Both the position numbers and the translations under genes were made by a program. Shown one piece after another: positions 1-13,849 of a DNA stretch of 64,000 bases. The number at the start of each line of letters is the position of its first letter. The stretch's first letter is position 1. Origin of the DNA: Acanthaster planci (taxonomy: Eukaryota); contig NW_019091361.1 in NCBI RefSeq assembly GCF_001949145.1, positions 3,830,148-3,894,147 on the forward strand, written 5' to 3'. A model generated the notes under the pieces. The model had not been told where the DNA came from and searched no databases. It saw nothing but the letters and a program-made list of their open reading frames with translations.

Positions 1-706
1 ATTAAGCAAAGGCTTCAAACGGTAGCAATGGAAGAGTCCTGTTAACTTAAAGACAGTTGCATGCATGTGTCAAGTCCCACAAAAGTCCCTGCTAGACCAT
101 CGCTAGTCATCTAGTCTCAAGCCAAGTTACAATATTCAAATGATTTGTGACAGAAGCATTCCTTTGTCATTGTTCACCTTGTTTACATACATGTATGACT
201 GGTCTCCTAGAAGGACTTGTTACTGCACTCATGGAAGGATTTGTAATGGGCTCATATCACCTGTGCTACTGGTTGCATTGCCATTTATACATGTATCTGT
301 CTTCAAATATAGTTTGTGATTTTGTTGTGAAATCGTAACTGCTTTGACTGAATAGGTTTGATATGTTATGTTATGTTATAATAGGTTTTTTATGTGACTC
401 TGAAAAAACTGTGATTTATCTTTCATCGTCTCTGAAGCAATGGATCCTTCAGCATAGAAAGAGAAATATGTTAATGTAGAGAGAAAGATTTTTGTTATCT
501 GCAGGTCCCGCTTGATTGGTGCCATTTGGTGATATCCTGTCCAATAGAGTCAGTAGTTCTGCTGACTTGTCACATTTTAACGACGCAATTTGTTTGCCAA
601 GTGGGGTCCTTTATTTATTAATTAAAGTTTTATCTGCTCATCCAACATCACATTTAACGCCAATTATATGATGATAACGAGTGAGAAAGACAGTGAAGAA
701 AGGTTC

Positions 707-860
707 AGTTTTAGAGGTGGGAGGAAAACCCCGGATAAATGTTTTGGAGAAAACCCACGGACTCATGCAGGGACTGAACACCAAATCCACATGTGGACCA
801 AGCTGGATTTGAACTGCGGCCCCCAGAGGTGGAAGGCGAGGGAAAAACACTACACAAACT
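707..860 (-). mobile_element. tRNA-derived SINE, decayed, in DMGDH intron
   Basis: Minus strand shows a B-box-like GTTCAAATCC followed by GTGGGTTTTCTCC...CCGGGGTTTTCCTCCCACCTC, the same core motif as the SINEs at 8651 and 16246. Confidence 0.55.
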
Positions 861-920
861 TTATTTCTAACTGTTGAAGTTACATGTACATCACCCGCTG
901 TTCCATGTTTTGTTTCACAG

Positions 921-1530
921 ATGTCAATGGACAATAACCCATTTGAAGCTGGGTTGGATATATTCATCAAACTCAAAAAGGTCAGTCTGAGAAATAGGTC
1001 CTGCAAATGAGGATTCGAGCCAACTCCCACATCATTGAAGTAAGCTAGGCTTAAAATAAGAGAAAGCTTCAGAGTATTGTCACCAGAAAAAAAATGTCTC
1101 CACTTTTTCAGGAGGCCGACTTTGTTGGTAAGGCGGCCGTTCAGAAGATGAAAGACGAGGGACTTCAGCGTAAACTGGTTCTGCTGACGGTGCCCAACAC
1201 TGACAATGTTGACCCTGAAGGCAACGAGACACTCTGGCTTAATGGCAAGGTGAAAGGAAATGTGATTCATGCTTCTGGTAGATTGGGGCAGTTTCTGAAC
1301 ATTACTTACTGGTTTCTGAACATTACTGGTAGGTTGTCGGCAACACCACGTCAGGCTGTTACAGCTACCACCTCGGCCAGAGCATCTGCTATGCTTACCT
1401 GCCCATGGAGCTGACGGCAGTTGGGACAGAGGTTGAAGTAGAGCTCTTGGGAAAGAGGTACCCCTCAACAGTGACCAAGGAGCCGCTGCTGCTCAAGGAG
1501 CAAGCCAGAAGGAGGCAGAAATCCGAATAA
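921..1530 (+). CDS. DMGDH: Dimethylglycine dehydrogenase, 3' end (last three coding exons; upstream exons outside window)
   Basis: Exons 921-980, 1112-1249 and 1333-1530, each with an AG acceptor, GT donors on the first two, all phase 0. They splice to MSMDNNPFEAGLDIFIKLKK/EADFVGKAAVQKMKDEGLQRKLVLLTVPNTDNVDPEGNETLWLNGK/VVGNTTSGCYSYHLGQSICYAYLPMELTAVGTEVEVELLGKRYPSTVTKEPLLLKEQARRRQKSE*. This matches the GcvT-type C-terminal barrel of DMGDH (NPxEAGL, DFxGK, DVDPEGNE, GKVVGNTTSG, VEVELLGK motifs), recognised from memory. Confidence 0.9.
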
Positions 1531-1582
1531 GAGGTGAGAGTGTTCAGCCATCGGATCAATGCTTGCGTAATACGTATTTTAA

Positions 1583-2136
1583 AAGAACGGTGCAGTTAAC
1601 TTTTCTAAGAATCATTTTTGTGCACGTTTAAACTCTTCTTCGGTGTATGAACGCTGCAATCTCTTGGGGGTTCAGTGAACTATAAACACTCAAAATTGAC
1701 CAAGCTTTTCCAGACAAGTGAGGGCGCTGTGATGTAAATCCAGGAAGACACTGTTGAGTTTGTACATGTGTGATTTCATGTTCACATTTTGAATCCCAAA
1801 TTAGCTCTATGAAACAATTCTCAGAAAAAGTTGATCACTGGCCTTTTGCAATTATGCATTGTACAACAATACTTGCCAAAGGAAATTGAAATGTTCTGTA
1901 GGGAAGTATAAAAAAATCTATCAATGTTCTGTGCACAAATCAATGCAACATTACGTTTCAGCGTCTTGGATTACATCACAGTTTTGCTCATGAATATCCA
2001 AATTTATATTAGCACAAACATCAAAAGAGAACCGAAAATGAAGATAAAAATAGCAATATAAAATTAAAAATAAAATTAATTAAAACACAGGGCAATTTTA
2101 AGGATTTTTGTAAAATATTTCTACTATATGGTCCCT
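1583..2136. mobile_element. TTAA-flanked non-autonomous DNA transposon (Kolobok-like MITE), diverged copy
   Basis: Aligns in reverse orientation to the element at 20001-20582; flanked by TTAA at 1579-1582 and 2137-2140. Confidence 0.65.
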
Positions 2137-2559
2137 TTAACAAGATTAAAAAATCAGTGCAAGGGGTTTCGGACAGTTGCAGACATTTTTGAAATTTAAA
2201 GGGGTCATGTGATCATCGTGGCAATCCGATCTAACACCCCAAGGCTACAAATTGTGTAATTTGCGTTAAAGAAGTGAATGTGTGTTCATACCGTACAGGC
2301 CAGGGTGTCTATCTGCCCAAGAATTTAAACTGCAAGCTGGTTTCCTATCTCCCTTCACATTCTAGACTTTGTGAAGAGGGAGTGGGGACCATTCCGGAAG
2401 TGATGGGAAGTCTTACCTTACTTGTTATCACATGCAGTCAATGAATGACAACTGAGATTCCTTTATCTTTGAACAAAGAAAATGCTTCCCTTTTTTAAAT
2501 AAAGCAAGGTAACTAGCCTGCGTAACTTCTAAAGAGAACCTCTCTAAATACGAAAGAGC

Positions 2560-2709
2560 GAAACTAGGGACAAGACAATTTAGAGTGAAATCACTCTCAA
2601 TTGAGATTGAAATACTCTGACAAAAATAATCACTTCAGTCGGAGTTCGAGTGAAACTGGATCTTTTCGACTGAAGAAATTTCACTCTAAAACGTCTGGTC
2701 CCTAGTTTC
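2560..2709. repeat. Inverted repeat / MITE-like element
   Basis: GAAACTAGGGACAAGACAATTTAGAGTGAAAT pairs with the reverse complement of ATTTCACTCTAAAACGTCTGGTCCCTAGTTTC. Confidence 0.6.
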
Positions 2710-5700
2710 CGACTAATGCAGGAGTGAATTTTCACTCTTTGGAATTTAGAGCGCATTCATCTCTTATTTTGACTTTTCTACAATAAAAAGGTTTATAAAT
2801 GAAGTAAAGTGTTTGGACATAAGATTTGAAGATGTATTCACACTCCAGGCTCCGAGTGTAAAATATCATGTGAGTAATTAAAGATAGTATTAGAACCCGT
2901 GGAGTTCTAGCATAGGTACGTGTCACATCCAAGTGGGGGCCTTCATTTTTCTGTACATCGTATTAAAACTTCAGAGACAGCTCACGACAATGAGTTAGTT
3001 TTACCCAAAAAACTGAAATATTTGTGCAAAAAAAGAGGTAATACTATTACCATTTATGCTCTAGGCAGGGCATATTGGGCACAGACATAGATATAAGGAA
3101 CGCTGTGGTTGTTGATTCTCCTACAAGAATCAATTAAAATAAGGTTCCTAACACTGCCGCATGTGGACCTAGACCACGGCGTTTGATTTTATAATTGTCT
3201 CTCCTGAGAAGAATTACAAAGGAACTGTATTAGGAATTTCCGATGTTGTCAAGCCCATCACATGTCCTTGGAAGTCGGCAAACCCTTCCAAGCCATCGGA
3301 TGGCAAGTCAAGTCACTCATTAGTCAACAGTGGCATTCCTTTGTCATTGTTCACCTTGTCACCTATGGCAGGACGAGTGATAAACTCATTGGCAATACTG
3401 TACTGTTAGTTTTGTCTCATTTTTTCAGTGGGTTCTTCAAAGCTCAAAATTTTGGACGGCCAAGCAACCCTGTTTATGCAAAGTAATTTGAGACCAGTTT
3501 TTCGTGCGAGAAGGGAAGGGGACTTGATTTTCATGAATGCATTGATAAATGCATGATGGGTTTTGTAAGTGTCAGTGCAGAACCGTCGCTCAAGATTGTG
3601 ATCATTGTGCCCTTTGAAAATGTTTTCTTGCGCCAGTGTTCAAAAAGAGAGTTGTATGTCTGCATTTGACAGAACAGATATCAGTGTTGGGCAATTAATT
3701 AATGAGGACACTTGAAATCATTGTATCTGATACATGCAAGTATTGTATTCAGCAAAACAGCGTAATGTGACATAAAACTGCCCAGTGTCTTCACGATATC
3801 CTGCCCGTTTTGTGATGTATGGCAAATCAGGATTCAGATGATAATGCCAGGTATTGAAAAATGTATGGGAGGATCTGGAACCAATTTGTTTTCTTCAAAA
3901 TTCGTTACATTTTCGAATCATCATTTCTTATTGTTTCCAATCAAGGCTAAGGCGACACGTCACAGCAACGTTTCTATCATTTTGTTTCTGAAATTGTCGT
4001 CATCAAACAGTAATCTTTTAACATATTATTCATGTAATGTATCCTTTTTTCGGACTGAATATTTTTAATCCAATTTAGCTTACTTCAAAAGTGTATTTCA
4101 TACAAATAAATATTTTAATTAGATCAGAGGATCATAAAAATAAAGATATGAAATTTCAAGTCAATAAGAATTTTTGTCGACTCCATCACTACAAGTTAAT
4201 TTGTAGTTGCAGTGTATAAGACCGACTCAAGACAAAATTTGAAACTGAGGCAGCAGAAATCGGGCAGTATTTACACATGCATTTCTGGAATAATGACATC
4301 ACAGAATTTTGATGTTATTGGAAACCTTCGTGGTCTAATTATTAGTTTAATGCGATAACATCTCTGAATGACGTGACGAAGTCAAATAACGTGAAGAAAG
4401 AGGAAAACAAGGCATCTGGAAATTCCCTTCAGTCACTTCACGATAATGGTGTTGTTATTGTGAAACTTCACAAAACAAACAGTTTGTGTTGAAATCAAGG
4501 CCATGTGACTTTTGGTCGTAATGAGCAGTTCGGTGTGGCCCTGCGCGGATTTGGGCACATGCTTGACCGTGAATGACCATGCTTTAAAATACCAAACTGG
4601 GTCATAGGTAATGTTGCCCAAAATGCAGTCTACCAGGTCTCAAAATAATGTAAAATGTGCTACCTCATTTAATTCAGTGTTTAAATTTTGACCTTAAAGA
4701 ACTTGAAATTTGATACTTGTTAGCTTATGATCATAGAGCTCTAGGCCTATGTTATGATTATCGGCATTCAATACGAGATTTCGATATAAAAAGGAAGGAA
4801 ACAAACAATAATGAAGTGAAGAAAGGGGTTAAAAATTACCAGTATGCTTGAAATACTTCGGAATTTCACACCTCCCCTTCCACCGTTGATACTTCGTCAG
4901 TTTGCTGCAGCAGATTTCGAACGAATAGGTCAGTACCCCCAAGCTTCTTGATACGCCACTGGCACGGTACGAACTGGACGCGTGCGCAAATGATGCCAAA
5001 AAATCCCTGCAAATCAGTGAAAAACTTACGGAAGCGTATAAAGGCCAATTGCAAAAAAAAAATTGGAGATACTATCTCGCCACGGCGACTTAATTACTAT
5101 CTCGCCGCGGCGAGTAAGCTAAAACTACTAGCTCAACTCGCTGCATATTAAATTTCAGGCTAGGTACCAGACCCATTTATTCTGACTACTCTCCCCCAGA
5201 TTTCCGGAAATAGTCGAATTATTCCGAACTTATCCTGTCCGTATTGAATTCAGTTTTACGTCAACACGTTTTCATTAATGCTCCTCGATCGAAATTGTAA
5301 AAATTGTTACAAAGATTAAAATGAATAAAATTGGGTAGCCAAATGAGTAAAGGGAGAAGAAAAAGAACATTCGGATTGTATCGGTAATATTCCGGTATTT
5401 CTGGCTGCGTCTGTACCAGGAATTTTGTGAACTGCCCGGGTTATATCGGTTGGAGTACTCCCCAATTATGAAGCAGAACTAGGGTCAAAAAGAGTGGAAC
5501 ATGTTTTGATAAACGGAAAGCATTTTTTTAATGGAACGTGTTTTGAAGCGAATGTAATTTTTGAAAACTTCGTAATTTAGAAATGTGGAATTTATTTTTC
5601 AAAAGCGAACGAAATTTTAAGGATTTAAAACATGTTTCTATATTCGAATAAAGTTTTAAAGAGTAGATGAATTTTCATTGACGCTGCTTATTTTCTAGAT

Positions 5701-6399
5701 TCCAAGGAATTTCAAAGAACGGAATTTTTTTCAAAGTCCAAAAAAGACTGCATGGAACAAAGTTTTAAAGTTCAATTTTTTTTCAGATAGAAATAAAATA
5801 TTTTGTACATAACGGACTGAACATATTTTGATATAAGCCGCCGCGGCGAGAGAGTATCTCGAAAAAAAGTTTTTGCAAGTGGCCCTTATACGCTTCCGTA
5901 AAAACTAGACGCAGCGTTTCTGCTGTGCATGCGGCAAACATCTTGGACAGAGTTTCATATACGGACAGCACTTGATGTCTCTATGCCCAAGCCTATGAAA
6001 CTTGTCTGAAAAAAAGGTGTTTTCCAAGTAAATGCTAAGGAATTTTCTCGGCTAATGTTCACTTTTTAGGACATGTTATTACTTTCTGTTGGCCGTTACA
6101 ACATTTTAAGGGGAAAATTAGTGTCTGTAAATGTGGAATTTGTCAACTTCCTAGATTTTGTTTCGCTCACAGCTAGCATAACCTATTTTGATTTATACCA
6201 GGCTCCACAAAGAGAAATACTGTCCTGCACATCCTTGATAACAGCCAGCTGATTCCCGGGTTTGCTGCTGGCTCTGTTCATAGTGATAGCCCGTAACATG
6301 TGGGCTAGCACTAACCTTGGGGAATAAGTGATGTCCTGTGGTGCACCAGACAGTTCCGGCATTCAAGTTACGGTTCGTGTCCAAACGCATATCTGCCCG

Positions 6400-6760
6400 C
6401 GAGCTCGCTCAATGCTTTACACAAGCGTCGATTATCAATTCAATATTTTTTTCTATTTCTTCTTCATTGCTGAAAGTATTCTCACTGCACTTTATTCGTT
6501 CATCGAAAATTGATCAGGATAACCAATAATTTGAAATATATCACCAAAAAACACGTGGTCAATGATACTTATTGAGAAGATAAATTACCACACTGTGATT
6601 GTACCGAGGCCATGTTTTTATCACACAGCCGACACTTTGCCCGTGCCAAGGCATTGCCATTGGAGAACCACAAATTAAATAACGGTTCACAAACAGGAAG
6701 TCACAGGTCGTGCACAATGTGCCATAGTGCAAGCCCTCAGCACTTCTCAGCTCCTTTTTG
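6400..6760. repeat. Interspersed repeat, inverted copy at about 49290-49645
   Basis: About 350 bp of clear reverse-complement similarity; the ORF track gives FSLHFIRSSKI in both places. Confidence 0.65.
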
Positions 6761-8650
6761 GGGCCTGGGTGACGACCAACTATGAGCCTCGAGCTGGACC
6801 AAGCGAGGGCGCAATTTTAGCAACGGAGCTCCTTTGGTCGGACTGCACTTTGCTGGTTCACAAACAACGAACGTGGCAACATTGAACCCGGGAAGAGGTT
6901 TTCAAGATGCATTTCGATGTTGTCCTATTATGATTTTTTTTATTAATAAAATGATTGTTTACCAAATACTATACGTCGTACCAATGTGTGAAATATTAGT
7001 TTATTTATTGGCCAACAGTGCCAACTTGACAAGGAAAAAATTTCCATTTTTTGCTTGATGGTTTGGCCATGTGTGAGTAAATATCACGATGTGAGCAAAA
7101 TTTGGCCGAGTGTGAGAAGAACCAACTGATTGCGTTAAAACAACTAAGTATTGAGCTTTTTGTACTTAAAGATATAAACAGACCAAACAGAATCAGCAGC
7201 ATAGCTGCAACAATAAACATAACAAGATGGAAAGTTCTAGAAAACGGGTGGTTTTTCATTTTTGTATTCATTTCATGGCGTTGAAACGAGGGTGAAGCCT
7301 CGCGTCCAGTGTCAAGCAAATACAAGTGCCTTCTTTGCCTTGTAACGTGGAGGTTGCTGTCTGATGAAATGCGACCAATTCCTTTGGCAAAGAATTGACA
7401 GCGTCACTCAGTAAATTGCCCGGGATGAAATGAGTCCCAGATTTGGCAATCCTGTATATGTGTGTGTACATGTAGTGATGTTAGTTCGATTCATTCGCGT
7501 GGTTCCTGTGAAAATGGAAGCCCTCAGTACCAATCTTCGTAGCTCAGAACTGATGTAAATCTTTGCCACAGGCTTCTCGCTCATGGTCTGCTGAAACACC
7601 TGAGGGTGGATGACATGATTTTAAAACTTACAGGGCTACCAACGATAAATTTGCGACCAATCAAAACGGAAAAGTGGATTGACATATCCTGTGGCGAAGC
7701 CGTTTGATCTCTGTTTTGTCCTAACCATGCAGAGGCAAAATAAGACCTGTGCATGATTTATGTTTTTAGGTGGTCTTCCAACCTTCAAACGGAGGCCCTT
7801 AAATATATAAAAAAAAAATAAAAAGGACAGTGAGCGAGGGAGGTGAGGGTCCAAGATCCGCACTAAAGGTTACTGGATTCGTCATGCAGTGCGTGGAGGC
7901 ATGACGTCATAGCGCTTCCCACTGCACTGTGGCAATGTGTAGGTGTTATCGTTGGTTGATCATGCATTGTTCTTACGGTTGATTTATTTTTTATTTTTTT
8001 TTTTTTAGTTTTCCACACACTGCCCTCAGAAATTAGCAATTGTATTTCTCTCATCACAAATGACGAAAATTGAAAAATGTTTCAACACAACCTGTTTTGT
8101 GCAAAAGTAATTACATGTACTCCAAATGCGTCGTTTTCGATTTGATTTCTTCGAGCTTAACACTCCATTTCGTTTCAATTGTCATCATTATTTTTTCGGC
8201 GAATTGAGTCAGCATTTTACGTACCAGCAAACTTCGCTTCCAGGAGTGTTCGATGTTTCCGCAGAGTAATGCAAGCCATTTTGTTGCTTCCACTGGAATA
8301 ATAGATCGTTTGTGTTTTTCAATCCAATTAGTTTGACATTTATTGTACTTTGACATGCACGGGAGGTTGGTATTTCCCGCTTGAAGTAACCTAATACCAG
8401 CATAATTGTTTAGATTTTGATGGTTTTTTTCTCACTATTATAACTCAAAGCCTAAAACTGTAGCAGGCGAGTTAAGTAATGTCAGTTCACTCGGGGACTT
8501 TAAATTCTAATACCTTAAAATGTGACCTATCTTATATCAATCTGGCTCGCTTCTAAAGCTTTGCTGGCTTCAGTTTCATAAGTTGTATAGTGCTGGATGT
8601 CCCAGTTCACTGCAAACTTTCCGCAGGGTCTGTTTCGCACAGATTGGAAG

Positions 8651-8915
8651 GGGGATCGGGATAGCGTAGAGGTTCTTTGCTCGCTTTGCACCGATGAGGC
8701 CTGGGTTCGAGTCCCGGCTTGGCCCAGGCTTTGCATTTGGTTTCCAGTCCATACTCGCTCTCGCAGGTTTTCTTTGGGTATATACTCCGGTTTCCTCCTG
8801 CCGCTAAGGCGGGACCCTCTTCGTAACTCAGTAGGGACCCCATTGGAAATAAGTTGAAAAACTTTCATGGGCTATCCTTGGTATTATTAATTGTGATGGA
8901 AACACTGAATAAATC
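8651..8915 (+). mobile_element. tRNA-derived SINE with V/Meta-SINE-like core motif
   Basis: A box TAGCGTAGAGG (8662), B box GGTTCGAGTCC (8704), core GGTTTTCT..GGGTA.ACTCCGGTTTCCTCC (8766-8798). Absent from the paralogous site near 32940; second copy at 16246. Confidence 0.75.
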
Positions 8916-11900
8916 CCTCGCAATCAGTGACCCGACATTGGTTTACCGACACCAACGCCACCGTTGTGGATAGAGTGAACAAGCGTGGGTATCATTGGTA
9001 GTCCTTGTGAAGCAAACTTGCCCTGTGACATTTACAATTTCAAACCACAAAGGCGACAATGCATAGCCTTGTTTTCTGGGCACTTTATGTCTGCCAAACT
9101 TGTCCAATACAGGGATTAGAGAAGGTCAATGCAATCCAACAGCGACAGACAGAAATCCGAATCAATCTGAATTTGACAAACTTGGCTCATTCCGATACGA
9201 TCTGATGATAGAATTCGTGACTCAATCCGAAACCAACAAAGGGTACTGAATCCTAATCTGACAAAATCCGAACTTATATAAATAAAAACCTGATATCTGT
9301 GTTGCGAGTCACCAACATGAATGTAAAATTTATGTACATGTATGTCTGACACCGTTGAAGACCTAACCAAAAATTGTTCACGAAGTCTAGGAACAGTGAC
9401 GACATCAAATAAGTATTTTGGTGCAATCCCAGACTTTCTTTGGGCAAAAATACTGATGAATCCTTTCGTCTATAAGAAAAGTTTCACACTCTCAGAGCAA
9501 CTAAGGCAATAAAATTATGCGGTTGCAAATAGTCACTTTGTTCCAACATGGAGGTGGTTGTATTAGGCAGTGTCCGCTCACTACACATAAATAATTGTGT
9601 TTGGCCGACACAAACCTTTGTCTCATTGTCTGAACAGATAAATGGAGGTATCCGAAACACAACCAGGAAATATTGTAGCATTCTGGCAATTTGCACGTTG
9701 TTTTACCACAAAAATGCTAATAATTATGCATGTCGAAATCCACCCCCCCCGCCACATCCACCCCACCTCAATTTCCCCAGCCCCCAACCAACAACCACCA
9801 CTAAAGCGCACAGCAGAGGTCCACTGTGTGTAAGTCTCTTAATCACAGTCGTGCAATTATTGTTGACATTCGGCAACAACGAGGCTAGCAGTGGAAGACG
9901 GGGGTGGACTTGTACCCACCCCACCCCCACTTTTCAGAGTGAGGGGAGTATCATATCTTCCCCTCATTTGTCTTCCAGTTACAGTTGGGAAGTAGGGCTA
10001 TATAATGATTAATATCTGCCTAATCTCTCCTCATATTTTCGGAAAAATGGGACTTACAAACAAAAAAGGCTCCAAATGTACATAATATTTTCAAAGATAG
10101 AAATCATTTCAAAAATGAAAGAAATGTTGCCAAAGTATTTACCTTAAAAAGTTTAGCGGTCAGAAATTACCTCAGACCGCACTGCAAGAGCAAAGAATCA
10201 ATCTTTCCAGGTGCCCTCAAGTGACCTCCAGACCCCGTGCCATAATTAGGGGTTTGCTTTTCGCTCTCATGTTTAGTTCTGATCAAGGTTATGCCCCCTA
10301 ATTTTTGAAAAGCGATTGAAACCTCTGCTGATTGATGAAGTGTTATGAGAGAGGCAGTAGAGGGCCACACACAGAGGGCAGGGGCGGATCCAGGATTTCC
10401 CAAAGGGAGGAGGGGTGGCGTGATCCAGAGATTTCCGTGGGGCATGAACTAAAGTAGCAATAGTATCATGCCCTTGAACGTGGAGCTCGAAGCCCTTACG
10501 GCGTGGGGTTCGATGCCCGCTTAATTAAGGGATTTTAGGCGCTCTGTGGTGCAATTTCAGGCAGTATGGCCCCTCTATTTCCTCCCCCTCCCTTTTTCTT
10601 CTTTATTATTTATTTATATATTTTTGGTTAAAAACACGCCCCCCCCCCGATCGGTTCCTGGAGGGATCAAAAGTGTTTGCACATGAATGGGTTGGTAGCA
10701 GGCCCGGAATTTTCTGGTTGGCCTGGCCGCTAATGAATTAACTCTACATTATAGGTGACTGCAGTCTGAAAATATTATGGTCCTCGACTGAGGAAAACGC
10801 AGAATTTCCTGCTTATTGTCTTAACAAATTTAACAAAAACACGCCAACAACTGCTTATTTTTAGAGTCTTGGTTGCTCCGAGAGTTCCTGCTATGTTCTT
10901 GTGTACTCGTAAAATATATGGAAAGTAAATGCCAAGACAGCCACTAACAATGACAGAACTATTTCGATAAAAACGTTTTTACCAGAAAAAAGGACTAGAT
11001 AGAATGTTGGATTTATGCGGGTTGGTCCACAACGTTAAAATTGGGAACAGGCGTGAACGCCAAATCTAGGCGGGAACAGGCAATCTCAGAACGGTTTTTC
11101 ATGCAACAACCGGGTTATACTAAATATTCATAAACTGTAGGCATGTTTCACATTTTCTTAAAGGGGCATATCTTGTACAGGAACAAGAGACCGACAAGAT
11201 AATACAAACTTAGAAAACTCAGCTTTGATCCATTGTCCAGGTATAAAAGTACCAAATAAAAAATAAAGGAGTCATTTTACATAATTAACACATTAATTTA
11301 TGTATTTTCTGTCTAAAATATAATTGTTGTCTGTACTACAAGGATTAATTGACGAAGTCAAAGTAAAGTAAAATTCTATCACACCAAAGGTGCCAATTTA
11401 CATCGTGTGCGTTTCTGAAATTATTTAATATTTTTATGCACTGCCTAAACTACTTCAGCCACATCAAAACAGGAATCCACAAGGGTTTGAATTGTCTGCA
11501 GTTTGATTTTTTCCACCCCGTCACCAACGTCATTTTCGAAAAAGTTATCCCTAATTGTGTTAAGACGAACAATTTTCAATTCTAATTTTGTATCCTCTCA
11601 ATAAAAAACAACAGAACGAAACAATAGAAAATTAACCTAGAAATAAAACAAAGAAAAAACAACAACAACGGAACAGTATGTTACCTGTTCACCAAACTGC
11701 TACCAAGACGACTGCAGATGTCACTGTTAAACTCGGAAGGCTTAGCGCATTAACAGCGCGCTTGAACGATATGGGAGAAAATCTTGTGGTAGGCGGGGCT
11801 CTTTTACGATTCAAAATTGCACGAGGCGGTTTTGCGTGTCTGAATGTACTTGAGATTCCCTCGACCTCAAATGTCTGTGTTGTTAGCGTTAATACAGGAG

Positions 11901-12425
11901 AAATTACCGGGCAGGTACAATTTTTTTCTGTGGAAAAGTCATTTAAAAACAAATTGATTTGAAACTAATAATTCTAAATAAGGAAGCAACTCGGTACTCG
12001 ATGTCGATCTGATACAGCATTTCAAAAGTTAGCGGAACCGGGAAGTTATACTCTGTAGACTATCGTGCAGATTGACTGATTTGATGGCTTTGCTGAATGA
12101 TCAAACTATGCATGCCTTGGAATATTTTTAATACGTACCAGCAGTTATTTCGGGACAAAATAGAAAGCTTCATTTTGAGAGCACGCAACATATGACAATG
12201 CCCAGAAAATAAATTTGTTTCTTGATCCACCACTAACTGGGAAGGCGCTAAGTATTTCGTCTGTCAGTTTCAATTGTTATCTGAAAGCCATTCCAAATTT
12301 CAGAAATTTTCCTCTCTGCGAACTGCGCCATAACAGCCATTATTTTCTTACTGTTTTTAAGCAGAGCTGCTTCCGATAAAAAATTAAAACAAGGCCAATT
12401 TTCGAGGGTACCGTGTGTAAAAAAC

Positions 12426-12456
<31 letters not shown>

Positions 12457-13737
12457 AAACCCAAAAAACAATAAGTGTTGTCACTCGATAGCAGTCTTAC
12501 AGTCTATCGACAATAATATTGTAGTCCTCATAATCACACCTCGTGTTACTTTTAAAGGTGGCTCGTCCTTTTGTAAGAGTTTGTCCATCATAACATACCC
12601 TGTATCGTTATGCTGCAGGGTCTAGTCTCATTTGGCTTTGGCCACACTGGAAACAAGAATAATGTTGAAATTTTGTCCATACCTGCAGTAGTCCGCTGGA
12701 TTTCATATACCCAGCAAGATATGGGGCGGAGGGATACCCCCCTTATATGTCCAATCCCTATACACACTCATGTTACCTAACACATCCCCATATGTCTGTA
12801 TTAAAAGAATTCCTGAGAATCTGATCGAACAATGACCAAAACAAAGGTGGTGGTGGCACTCTCCGTCCCATATCTTGCTTTATGAGTTTTATATATATAT
12901 GTACGGATTTCAGGTTGCCTAAGCTTTGAAACTCAACCAAATTGTGCGGTCCTCTCTTTTATAAATTAAGTTTATTCGACCCTTGTGGGCTATTTGGAAG
13001 CACGAATCTTCTCCTGTTAGAAATCAGCCTAATCTAAATTATGTTAGCTGATTGAGGAAGAGGGCAAAAACTTATGTGAAAAATATTAAAAACTGGCAAT
13101 AAAAAGAAACGCAGGGTGTTCTCCCTGTTGAATTGCATCGGACAGAGCTGTTGTTCGGTTCATGGAACTGGTATTACATTCAACGAAATAAGGCCGGTTC
13201 GTGACTGGCGCGAAAGCAAACGCGCGGAGAATATGTGATGTCATATCAAATGCTCGTGCTGTGAATTCGCGAAAGTTCAACACATTTAATACAACTCGAG
13301 AAATTGTCCTGCAAATATTTCATTACGTCAAGTTGCTTCACTTTCACAGTTGCCTGTGGTATGAACCGGCCCGTTGCCTGATTGATCATTTTCGAGTGTG
13401 AAATTGCGAGTGAGGCTCGTATCTGCATTGGTGGTGCACTCGTATTTTAAATATGACCGCTAATATAATATAATATATAATACCACCGCTTGTCTATACG
13501 GGGCAATTTGATAGGTCCAAAGTAGGCCTATCAAAAACCCGCCCACATTGAGGAACATGCAGTTGTGTGCTCCAATTGATAAATATATGATTCAAACTTT
13601 ATGGGCGAATTTCTAAATGGCTGAAAACGCTCAATACGGCCTTGCTACCTGTAGGAAGGGTTGAACATTTCTAAGTAATAGTTTGATTGACAACATATGT
13701 GGAAGCTCGGAAGTCAATTAACCCATTTTTTAGTAAA

Positions 13738-13764
13738 CCACGCCCCATCCTCAATCCTATAATA
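13738..13764 (+). promoter_or_regulatory. Putative core promoter of paralog A (CCACGCCC GC/KLF box plus TATAATA)
   Basis: CCACGCCC at 13738 and TATAATA at 13758-13764, about 90 bp upstream of the ATG; both conserved in paralog B (41098, 41118). Confidence 0.5.
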
Positions 13765-13849
13765 GCACGCGACTGTCTGGAAATCAAGCACATCGACTCA
13801 CAGTTTCCAGCAGTCGTTCAGTTTTCTCTCACTGATCCATTGCTGAATA

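Noticed and set aside
157..183. 27-bp exact match to about 3333-3359 (GCATTCCTTTGTCATTGTTCACCTTGT)
   Set aside because: Too short to interpret; probably a remnant of a dispersed repeat.
638..1468. 276-aa minus-strand ORF
   Set aside because: Antisense shadow of the DMGDH exons, introns and a SINE; no recognisable protein.
6190..7600. Minus-strand exon-like blocks (e.g. IAKSGTHFIPGNLLSDAV, RNLNAGTVWCTTG), considered as BHMT because of the vertebrate DMGDH neighbourhood
   Set aside because: Similarity is limited to LNAG; there is an in-frame stop and no consistent splice model.
8651..8720. tRNA gene
   Set aside because: A/B boxes run into a SINE core, the sequence is repeated elsewhere, and it is absent from the paralogous site; a SINE head, not a tRNA.
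11678..11962. 94-aa ORF upstream of paralog A
   Set aside because: The paralogous region (about 38310-38580) does not preserve the frame.
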